A DNA stretch of 64,000 nt, taken from Lingula anatina (taxonomy: Eukaryota; Animalia; Brachiopoda). The notes beneath the pieces were generated by a model. That model worked only from the letters and a program-made list of their open reading frames with translations. It was not told where the DNA came from and did no database searches. The stretch spans positions 1,488,001 through 1,552,000 of the forward strand of contig JBPQGU010000016.1 of the NCBI GenBank assembly GCA_051362555.1. The letters run 5' to 3'. The position numbers and the translations under genes were made by a program. Shown one piece after another: positions 41,196 to 52,333 of the stretch (the first letter of the stretch is position 1; the number at the start of each line of letters is the position of its first letter).

Positions 41196-44100
41196 AGAGA
41201 GAGAAAGAGAAAGAAGTGACCACATGTAAATATATTTACCTTTACTGCTGCCTACTAATAAAGCTTGCTGGGAATTTTTACAAGCCGCCAAGTCGCGGAA
41301 AAAGTGAACAAGCTTCTCAGCAGCATGATATGCCGTTCTCTGCTCGAACAGGGCACACAGTATATACAAACATGGACAGGATGACTTGCTGGGTAAACCT
41401 TTGCTTCATTTCAGAACTGCACTCTTATCATCCCAGCCTCTGCCCGCCCTCTTTATACTAATGGGCTATACGGCATAGCAGTAACCATTGAAGATTTCCC
41501 GGCAGGAAGTATAACACAGGGTGGAGTCCAGAAAGACGAAACAACTCCATTGTCAAAGGTCCCATTGCAGGTAAGGTTATTAAGCGATGGATATATATAT
41601 ATAAACAGAAACGAAAATATATATTTAGGGTCAGGAATATTTGAAAGACGCATGAAGACCTTTTCTACTTTTATTTTTTGAATATTCAAGTGATATCAGT
41701 ACTTATAGTATATCGTTAAAACTGGTGGTGATTATGCTGTTAAGCTTTATGCAAAAAGTGCATCAAGCATTTTGTACGCTGCCATCGTTATTCACCTATC
41801 GGGGAATTCATTGTGTGAAATTGGTCCCTTTTGGGCCTGAAGTCACTGCATTGTCTTTTTGGCAGAGTTGCATATAGTGCATATCCTGTAATACTAATTC
41901 AGTGTTGACTTTCCATCAAAGTTCACAATTTATGACCTACTTTGTGCATTATTTTATTTTTTGTCTGTGCATGACAGTTTTGCTGCCTTGTTTTTGGAAT
42001 TACAGGTACAGATGCATGCATATTTTTTGCGATATTCTCATTTTAAACAAATTTGCATTTTCAGCGGGTGAGGTTGAATTCCCATGGGCCTTAAACCCTG
42101 CGCTAAAAAAACACTCATCGGATAATCACCAAATTTTTTTATTTCCTTTTTTCAGCGCAGCAAATGTGCAAATGTATATGGTACCATAAAAAATTAACAT
42201 TTCAGTATCTAGCCAAAATAATGGATGGCTGCGATTGTGACAACTTGCCAGCCTTCCAAGATCCACCAGTGACAGTTACCTTCCTTCTAGGAACGACTTA
42301 CAAGAAAGGCATTGTGGCAACTTCTTCGTATGGGTATGTAAGCATTTGGTGTCCTTCATTATACCACAGCATGCACCTATTTTATCATGCAATATATATC
42401 TTATATTCCTTTCATAAAATGGGTATTACATAACCATGTCATATGATTTCGGTTGACGGCAAAACCTTTAAAATATCGATATTAAATATTCATAATCCAC
42501 ACCTATGTTTACTGGCCAAAAAAAAGTAAGCTATTGTATTGACCACAGTGCTTCAAAACGCCCAAAAATGCACATGTTATAAAAGTCACTGAGTGCAGTT
42601 ACAGAGCACCGTCTCAGTCCTGCAGTAGAGTACTGATAAGCTTGACTATGGCTATCTAAAGCCGTTGTCAAGCGAACGTGGAGTTACAACCGACATAGAG
42701 TTAAGAGCTGCACTAATGGGAAAATACCATAGGATGCATCATAGAACCATAGACAAAACAAACATTGTGTTTCCTTTCTTTTGGCTAAAATATTCTTTTT
42801 ACCAATGTAGGGTGAGTGCAATCAACGTGGTTCCTCCTACCGGTGCTATTGTGGGTACAATGGTCAAGGTAAATAGAAGCACTGTCTCGGTGGGCATTAG
42901 CTGGACCCCGACCAGTGCACAGCTGGGAGAGACGTTGCTTTGTTACCAAGCCATTGGCGGTGACGGGTAAGTAGAGGCTTTTGTTATCAGGGGCAAAACT
43001 TTTCATCCTGAGGAAATTGGATTTTTGTTTCAAGTAATACAATCGCATGGTGTACTTAGATACGTTCTTGATACCGCACTGCATATAAACTCGTAAATTC
43101 GTGATTTACAAATATTGGTATACACTATAGTCTATATAAAATCTAAGAATAGGAAAAGTTTACTATATAGTTATATATTATATGTACATTTTTTACAGTT
43201 GTCCTGGCCCTTACCAATGTGATACAATTCAAGTAGGAGGTAAGATATTTGTTTTGATTTTCATTGTAATTTGAAGACATCTCAAGAAATTTGAAGCCAG
43301 TACGCACAGCATTATTCCCAAATCAATAATAACTCGTGAAAAGGGTCCAGCAATCGTTCTTATAACTTACATACTATTAAGCACCCATGCCTTTTACAAA
43401 ACGTATGCTTTTCAAAACTGATTATCTCTGTTAATATAAAATCTACATGTATATTTTTTGCATTGCACTCCCTTTTTTTTTCTAATGTTGCCACTAGAAT
43501 GTATACGAATAGAAAAATGAAGTTCATGGGAATTATGAAGGCTTATTACATTTGAAGATTTATTCCATTCTGTCTTCCCACGTCATCGCTCCCACTGTCT
43601 CTACCAGTATACTAGAAAAAAGCCATTGCCAACTTCCATATTAATAACGTATTTTCATTACATTAAAACCCTTCCGTTTGCTTCCAAATGTGCACTATCA
43701 GTTGGACATTTTTTATGAAGGTGACTCGCTGAAAACAAAATTACAAAAAAATGCGTTAATTCTTTCTTTTTGCATCTGAATATTCAATATTTTGTCGTTC
43801 ACAAATGTATTACTTTACCTCCAGCCAATGGCGGCTGGTGTCCATATGGAAAGTGGGGTGATTGCTCAGTTACTTGTGAGACCGGTAAACAGGCCAGAAC
43901 TAGGATGTGCAAATGTCCCGAACCCTCCTATGGTGGCGTCGACTGCGAAGGTTCGGATACTGAGACTGGAACTTGCACCGGCCCTTGTTGCCCAGGTAAG
44001 GCAATCTCTCATTCTCTCTCTCTCCTGTAGAGCAAAGCAAAATGCTTATTGGCCTAAACCAATCCCAGGGAACACTCCTAGAGTGCACACCCTTCCCTCG

Positions 44101-47100
44101 TTAAAAGAAATAGATTAACAATAAGATTAACAATTAGATTCGGTTAAATCATTTTTGCTTCTTTTCCTGATGAGTACATGTAACTGACGGTCCTAAATTA
44201 TCAAACTGTATCAGTTCATTTTTTTCATATATCTTGTCCTCTAACATAAGGACCTGCCACTGCCGATGGAAACATAACCTTATTTGGCGGCGGTAATGGC
44301 TTTTTAATGCGTACGTTTCAGTTGACGGTTATCTGAGTGATTGGTCACCGTGGTCTCCTTGTTCTGCTACCTGTGGACTGCCAGGTACGGTGATTCGGTG
44401 GCGCACCAAGGAGTGTATATACCCCGACCCAAAATGCCCTGGTGATGACTGTGGCGAGCTTCCGGTTGAATATGAAAACTGCACCCAACAGCCATGCTGT
44501 CTAAAGATGAACGAAACGGAAAGTTCGTCTTCATTTCAATACGACAGTGGTAAATATTCTAAGTCATTACAGTGAAGCGCACATTTTAAGTATCTTTTGT
44601 TCGATGGTTCTATAATAAAATTACTGTTGGTTTCTTTTCATACTCGAGGGTACATGTATATACATTATATGTTCATTTTATGTGGAATAAACCAAGCCTG
44701 CTTCTATGTTTTAACGTGTATTGTGTGGCTTTAAGCAATATTGAGATGTAATATCACTATTGAATCGTTAGCGCACATCCGTTTGCCTATAAGAAAAATA
44801 TTGAAATCTAATGCCACTAGACTTTTCTTTCAAATTTATGAGTATATGAAACACAAGAAATTAAGGCTTCCCCTTTTGTAAACTATTCTGCATTTATAAG
44901 TTGCTTTATGTTGTTATTTTTTAGGAAATAGGCTTCATGATGTTAAGGTCGTTTTTAATGGAGCTAACACATATGAGAAGTATGTCACCTTTAAATGCGG
45001 AATTGTTCTGATTGAAAGTATCCAAAACTACGGTAAGATGATATCAATTGGGTCTTCTTCAGTTTTTTAAATATATATTTTTTTCTGTTTTTTATATTGT
45101 TTTTTTTTCGCTCACTAGAAGCAACAATTTAACATTGTTTTACTATTTATGTTAAAACACTGAATAGTTTGTTTGAGTTCATTTTGTAAGCATAAGATCA
45201 AGGGCGTTTTGTATGCAAAGTATATATCTTTAGTAATTATAAACAAAAATTAAAAAAAAAAAAAAAAAAGGCGTAGTGTGTAAATATTGCTTTAATTGTA
45301 AAACTAAAGTATATACAGCATTGGTCAAAAAGGTTGTCCCACCCCCATTTCCATGTACTTTTATTTACAAATGATCACCTCACAGCTGTGAACTGTTAGA
45401 AATAGTGCTTTTTATCACGGATACCGTGTCTAACATGATTAAAGGTTAAAAAAATACAAAATAGTGGTGAAAATATACATATTTTATACCATTTAGTAAA
45501 ATTTATAAGAGGTACCCCCCTCAAATCGACTGTTTCACTGTTACTTCTACAGATGTAAAGAAATGTCTATAAAATTGAAAAGGTGCCATCAAATGTCACC
45601 AAATTCACACACAATTAGCATTAGGGTGTGCTCGTTAAAGATCACGTGCCTAACAGCGTGTGCGTCTACCGCGTACTGCAATTATCTCCTGTAGACGGCG
45701 CGACAAGCCTTCAACATGGGTAACAATTCTGTTATGTGGGATATTGTCCCATTCATCCTAAAGAGCGTGGCGGAATTGGTCAAGATTATTTAGGAATTGG
45801 TTCTCCCCTGCAATGCACATTCCAATTTATGCCACAGGTGCTCAGTAGGATTAATATAAGGACTCAAAGACGGTTGTCCCATCCTCAGAGCCCTGTGTTT
45901 CTGCAACAAATCGTTTGCCAGACGAGAGCTGTGAGCAAGTGCGTCGTCACAATGAAGCCAGTAGTATCCCTGAAGTCACCTCTTGCAAATGGAGTGAGAT
46001 TTCTGTTGAGAATGTTACATCAAAATGCCCCTGTTACGTTTTGTTCCAAAAGGAACAATGTACTAATACCATGGGCTTGGAATGTTCTCCAAATGCGGAT
46101 TGATCTAACACCTCAGGCGATATCATCCTGCACACACCCTTCCAAGAGGCATTTTTTAACATGTCTATGGACCCTCTTTGACCATCGATGGGATACAAGA
46201 AATAATTTGATTCTGCATCAAAATCAACTTCCTTCGAGTGATGGACGGCCAGGTTCAGGTGCCTGTGGGATCACTGAACGTAGCATTCTCAGCTGATATC
46301 TCATTCCATCTTCAAGAACTGACTTTGGGGTTAACTTCAGGCTTTATCATGACTGCACACTTGCTCACACCTCTCGCCTGGCAACTGTTTGTTGAAGAAA
46401 CATAATGGTCTAAGGATGGAACTACCATCTTTGAGCCCTGATATCAAACTTACTAATCAACTGTGACATGTATTGGAGTGTGCAATGCAAAGTAGAACCA
46501 ACCCCATAAAAAAGTGGACCAACTCCCCCAACTTGTTTAAGAAGAATGGGACAATATCCCACAAAACAGAATTGTAACCCGTGTTGAAGGCTTGTCGCCC
46601 CGTCTACAGGAAATAATTGCAGTACGCGGTAGACGCACACGCTGTTAGGCACGTGATCTTTAATGAGCACACCCTAATGCTAATTGTGTGTGAATTTGGT
46701 GACATTTGATGGCGTCTTTTTAATTTTAGTCATTTTATAGTCATTTCTTTACATCTTTAGAAGTAACAGTGAAACAGTCGATTTGAGGGGGTACCTCTTA
46801 TAAATTTTACTAAATGGTATAAAATATGTATATTTTCACCACTATTTTGTATTTTTTAAACCATTAATCATGTAAGACACGGTATACGTAATAAAAAAAC
46901 ACTATTTCTAACAATTAACAGCTGTTAGGTTATCATTTGTAAATAAAAGTACATGGAAATGGGGGTGGGACAACCTTTTTGACCAATGCTGTATTGTCTG
47001 GACCTAAGTTTTTTTTCTGTCTTTTAAAAAGTAATACAAATCCAGGCGTGGAATCAGCATATATATTTTATTAATTTTATGTTGTATAATATTCCAGATG

Positions 47101-47246
47101 AAACCTATGTTGCTGCAGTGCAGGCTGCTGTGACAGAAGAATGTGTCGACTATTTGTCTCCAGTCTGTCACGTGACAATCCCTGCTCCTTATGGCTGCCC
47201 TTGCGTCGTGATGATAAACTACACGTGTTGCGATGTCTTGTACTAA
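38535..47246 (+). CDS. Secreted modular protein, ~594 aa: signal peptide + Sib/'integrin beta-like'-type N-terminal region + 2 thrombospondin type-1 repeats + Cys-rich (possibly SUEL-lectin-like) C-terminal domain
   Basis: 14 exons: 38535-38598, 38861-38919, 39141-39261, 39620-39749, 40372-40509, 40880-41015, 41415-41570, 42206-42333, 42811-42966, 43199-43239, 43825-43995, 44322-44549, 44925-45032, 47098-47246. They sum to 1785 nt in frame, all GT-AG. Signal MWSLQFYAGIVMLLLLDTQVEG. Motifs HFKFATISC, GCCW, RSDTGKANASPVT, IPYADPDGDTVRCRWA..ECGGIC, YGIAVTIEDF..PLSKVPLQ. TSP1 motifs WGDCSVTC..RTRMC and WSPWSPCSATCG. Confidence 0.85.
45316..46991. mobile_element. Non-autonomous Tc1/mariner-derived fold-back element with ~700-bp inverted arms
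   Basis: TA|CAGCATTGGTCAAAAAGGTTGTCCCACCCCC ... GGGGGTGGGACAACCTTTTTGACCAATGCTG|TA, with a TA target-site duplication. Decayed transposase C-terminal motif on both arms: QPSLSPYINPTEHLW (minus, ~45830-45880) and LPSLSPDIKLTNQL* (plus, ~46420-46470). Confidence 0.9.
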
Positions 47247-48504
47247 GTGGTGAGTGTTAAAAGTAAAAGAGGTTTATTCTTAGCGGAAAGCTGTTAATGG
47301 AACAAATAGTAATAATGTTTAAATTAGTTTTTCATTGAATCTTGAAATCACGTGAATGCACGTCATGATTTTCTTTTAAAAAGAAGTTTTTTTTGTCTTT
47401 TGGTATCCTGAAGGATATATTCCTTTAAGAACACTTCATTTCATTTTTTTTTAATTTCACCATTTTTATACAATACATATATATGTGTTTTCTTTATTTT
47501 TCAGCAAAAGCGGAGGAACGCCAAGGCTATGATAATGTTGACAGTGTGAAAAACGGACATTGACAATCATCCTTTGCTTGTGCTTTCCATTGAACATTTA
47601 CTATTTTCACTGGGTGGTAGTTACTGACGCGATTAAAAACTACATGAAATCATAAAACACTGGGAAAAAACTGTCGCAGCTTTGCTTGAATAATATTTTA
47701 ATACAATATACTTCACCTTAGTTTTCCTCTCAACTTGACACAGATCTGACATATGTCTTGGTTGTTTTAAGCTATATTATGTACCTACTCCAATTGTCTT
47801 TATTTATTCATTGTTTAAATACTTAATCAGAGTGTATTCTTATTATAATATTTAGATGTCCTTTTTGGTGGGCAACTCCAAATGGAATAGTTATCTTCCA
47901 TCTACTAAAGTGATGTGATGTTTTAATTTATATGATAAAAGTATTTTGGTTATAATTAAAAGTAGTCTGGTTTAGTGATTTTATGATAAGTAGTCTGGAT
48001 GGTTTCAGGTGGTGGTTCTTGACGTTTCACTTATATTTTTAAAGTTCATATTAAGTGTGTTTTTGCTTATAGTATAAATTATTAGGAATAAATCGTTCGC
48101 ATTTCCTTAATTTCATTATCTTGTGAGATTTCACTTGTTCAGTGTTTTGGTTAACTGGGTATCTTTCCTAATGCAAATAAAACTGTCGCAAACTGTCGCA
48201 AACTGTAGAGTTAAATTGGGAATTTCTGCAAAAAAAAAAGTGCCGATTTTCAGTTAGGGTCATCTTTCATCTTCGTGAGCTTGGGGTCAATCTGTGCATT
48301 ATCAAGGGAGAAGCAGCCGAAACTGAAAATTCTCACTCTAATTTTGGAACCGTGAATACTAGAGACATGTTGTTTATTGCATTTTGTAGAGCTTCCAAGT
48401 GCAATACTGGGGGTGCTGTCCTTTTTTTTTCATACGATTTACGAGCTGCATTATATATAAAAATACAACGTGGCAGTATTCAGGGGTGAAAATAAAATGT
48501 GAAA

Positions 48505-49630
48505 TACTTGAAAATTAGCAGAGGTACGCCCCTAGCTACTATTGAACCTGAATAGGAAGTAGTATGCCGGCAATCTAGCTGTGACCTTGAAATTGACCTT
48601 TAACCTATTTTTCACCAATAACAGCACATGCAAATCTTTTGGCTCTTCCATCTCCAAAATGGACAGAGGTACGCCCATAGTTACTATAGAACTTGCATAA
48701 AAAGTCATGTACTGGTAATCTAACTGACCTTGAAATTGACCTTTTACCTATTTTTCACCATGAACTGCACTTAGCAAATTTCCCAGCCTAGCATTTCCAA
48801 AACTGGCAATGATAGGCCCATAATTACTATTGAACTTGAATAGGAAGTCATATACTGGCAATCCAACTGTGACCTTTGAATTGACATTTGGCCAATTTTT
48901 CACCATAAACTGCACTTTGCAAATCTTTTCGGCCCTTTCATCTCCAAAACTGGCAGAGATACGCACATAGTTACTATTGGACTTGAATAGGAAGCTATAC
49001 ACTGGTAAATTGACCTATGCTCTACTTTTCATAATGAACTGCATTTTGCAAATTTTCCTAGCCCTATATCTCCAAAACTTGCACCCATAGTTGCTGTGAA
49101 CTACAATGGGAAGTCATGCACCGGCAATCTAATGGTGACCTTGAAATTGACCTTGGGCCCATTTTTCACCATGAACTGCACTTCGAAAAGTTTCCAGCCC
49201 TTGTATTTCCATAACTGCCAGAGATGGGCCCATAAATTCTCTTTTTTTTATTTGAATAGGAAGTCATATACTGGCAATACTGTGACCTTGAAATTGAGCT
49301 TTGACCAATATATATATATTTTTTTTACCATAAACTGCAATTTGCAAATATTTCGACCCTTTTAGCTCCAAATCTGGCAGAGATGCGCCCATAGTTACTG
49401 CTTAACTTGAATACGAAGTCATGCACTGGCGAATTGACCTTTGACCCACATTTTCATGATGAACTGCATTTTGCAAATGTTCCAATCCTTGTGTTACAAA
49501 AACTGGCAGAGATACGTCCAAAGTTACTATTGAACTTGAATAGAAAGTCATATACTGGGAATCTTGCAATGACCTTGAATTTGACCTATGACCTACTTTT
49601 CACCACGAACCACACTTTGCAACTTTCCAA
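48505..49630. repeat. Diverged tandem array, ~8 units of ~130-160 bp
   Basis: Recurring AAACTGGCAGAGATACGCCCATAGTTACTATTGAACTTGAATAGGAAGTCATATACTGGCAATC..GTGACCTTGAAATTGACCTT..TTTTCACCATGAACTGCAC. Confidence 0.9.
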
Positions 49631-49888
49631 ACTCTCATTAAACAGATTGAATCTCGGCTCCGAGGTTTGATTGCTAGACCCCTGTAGCGACGGCGCGTGT
49701 GGTGGCGTGTTTTCATAAAAATACGGACTTTAGGCATGACTTGGGATTGGGTGTCTTTTTTTGTTCATATTACACGCTTGCTTAGATGTTGTTCAATACA
49801 ATAACAGTATATCAATGCAGTGACTGTACTTAGTAAATTAGCAATATTATACCAGCTCTTAAGTTTCACCATTCTTATTTCTTGAACT

Positions 49889-49925
49889 AAAAGGGATAAT
49901 ATCTTCATATGAGATCTATATTTTA

Positions 49926-49961
<36 letters not shown>

Positions 49962-50250
49962 GGAACAACTCATATATATATAATATATTCTGTTGTATCA
50001 ACAGAGACGGCAGTTATAGTTATTATTCTGATATCTGAGCTTGTCTTAAGACCACGTGACCTCCATTGATGGCTGTACTCTCTTATGATCTTAACTGATT
50101 ATAACAAAATAACAAACTTTTAAGAAAAAAAAAACAGGGACTAACTTTGAATGTAAAAACAGATTCATTATCCATTGGTTAGTATGGGGAAATTGTTTAC
50201 TCCAGGAAATTTCATTTTTTGGCCAAAACGAAGAGTTATTATCCCTTTAA
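49889..50250. mobile_element. Kolobok-like non-autonomous element (partial copy at ~8060-8310)
   Basis: Termini AAAGGGATAAT / ATTATCCCTTTAA. About 250 bp (GACCACGTGACCTCCATTGATGGCT ... GGCCAAAACGAAGAGTTATTATCCCTTTAA) is shared with an intron of ferroxidase copy A. The superfamily call rests only on the TTAA end. Confidence 0.55.
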
Positions 50251-51943
50251 TTTAAAAATTGCAAGTGAAATATTGAAGTATATTTAACGGTATTGTCAGC
50301 CTTCTCTCAAAACTTAGTAGTTAATAAATAAATCCTTAGTGTCCAATGATTAAATTAATTAATATTTACACATATGCGATTTAAAGGGTGACGTCATAAT
50401 TGCGATTTTGGGGTGAAACCTGAAAAATCGGTTTCTCAAATTTTTCCTTTAGCTGTGAACCCATGATCATATTTTTATCGCCGATTTAATGACACCAAAT
50501 AGTACTCCAAAACCCTGCCGCCGATTTTTCTTTTTAGTCTTAGTTCAGATTTTATGGTTGATAAATTAAAATAAGGCCTTTTGTTTAATGAAAATCTGTA
50601 ATTAGGGATTTGGATTGTAGCGTATAAACTAGTGGTCAACTCTGCCAATTTTCGTGATAAAATCTTGTTCAGGGATGAAGTTACGCCAATACCGATTGCT
50701 ATCTTACTTCAAAATACAGTAGAAAGGTGTTAAATTGACAATTAAAGCTTCGAGTTGCCTGTGCTAATACATTGCAAAAATAAATAAAAACGCCGATTTT
50801 TTATATTTTCTAGTTTTTTTATTGTTTTGAATCAGCACAAAGACAGGTGCATTATTTAATAATTTGCTGCAGGTAAAATCTAATTTTCGGTATATCGATG
50901 ATAATAAAGGGTCACAATATCCTTAAGCTCGTATTTTTCACGCGAGTTACACAGCTGAAATGTGCACTAATCACATTATGTGTTCCACTTCCCCTACCTT
51001 AATGTTCCTTGCTAAACCCATTCGGGGCTCTAAATTGTTTTCGACAACTGTCAAAGCAGAATGGAGAAAAATTAACATAGCTACAGTCTAACAAGAGAGT
51101 AAATTTTATTGTCTCAGAAGTGCGTTTTTATGACTAATATTATACAAATATCTAAGAGTTATTTTTTTGCCAAGTTGTAACCGCGATAATTTACATAATA
51201 TGACTTCACATATGCCGAACTGCAGCAAACTGTCAATATAATTATAACTCACAAACTCTTTTTTGTGCACTTATTTATTTATCTATATCTGACATATGTG
51301 GGCTTACATGATAAATGTACAGTGGTAAATCTCAGAAAGGTCGACTGGCTTAATCGTTCAAGAAAAAAAAAAAAATTAACCTAGCAAGTTAATAACCAAG
51401 AGCCTAAATGAAAATATCTTGTGACATGATTATTTTTTCTGTGGCCCTGGTAGGGGTAAAATAGGTGAGTGTCTGCTAAGATTTAACTGTGCATGCGTGT
51501 TGGGACATTAATAATACGATGAACATGCCTTAGAGACCTAAAAATGTGCAGACCACATGTTAGTAATTCTTGGTGTACATAGCCTGCCGTATAAAATATT
51601 TTATAATGAAAACACATGCATTATATTGAATACCCCTTATGCCCATTCCGTACCAACTTCTCAAAAGAAAACGTGAGCATTTTTTCGTGGTTATTAGGGG
51701 CTTTAATCTTTCTAACTTTCTCTTCGCTTTTGGTTTTAAAAACGAAAATTATTTCATTTGTTGGATTTTTTCGTGTCTGTTGTGAGCTGCTGGTGTGCAA
51801 TAATTGAATTTGGGACGATTTATTTTCTAAGAATAGCAGCTGAATTTGGTAGAAACACAAGGTATCAAATCGTACATGAAATACGATATAAAGGAAGTCA
51901 GACAGACACAGATGCTTTCATCGGCTCTCCCTAAATACATTAT

Positions 51944-51965
51944 CAGCAGACCATAGCGCATAAAC
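51944..51965 (+). promoter_or_regulatory. Conserved proximal motif upstream of lipocalins 1-3 (probable core promoter)
   Basis: CAGCAGACCATAGCGCATAAAC here. On the minus strand: CAGCCGACCATAGCAAATAAAC (57975-57954) and CAGCAGACCAAAACACATAAAC (62239-62218). All end ~50 nt upstream of the ATG. Confidence 0.6.
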
Positions 51966-52013
51966 TCAAAATTAAGAACATCACTGACTTTAAGGAAAGT
52001 CAGGACAGTTAGT

Positions 52014-52301
52014 ATGGCTGCCTTAGTACTAGTAATTTTCTTTGCTATGACAGTCTCCGTCGTAGACGGGATAGTTGGATACCCAAAATCAGACCAACCG
52101 GGGGAGTTCATCCCAGGTACGACCGCCTTAATTTGGAGGTGGGACAGGCGACGAGGATGGTACTGGTATCCCACAATGCCTATATCATCAAACCTGAATG
52201 AAACCAAGGTAGGTAAATGCCGTTAAAGATGTTCATACATGTAAATACCTAGAGTACTTTATACGCTAAAATGCATTTTTCAGATATAGATCTGCGTGTT
52301 A

Positions 52302-52333
<32 letters not shown>

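Noticed and set aside
45736-46296. 186-aa plus-strand ORF as a transposase or host gene
   Set aside because: It lies largely antisense to the decayed transposase remnant in the left arm of the fold-back element and has no recognisable motifs.
48505-49630. CRISPR-like array
   Set aside because: Eukaryotic context, whole units are homologous with no unique spacers, and there are no cas genes.
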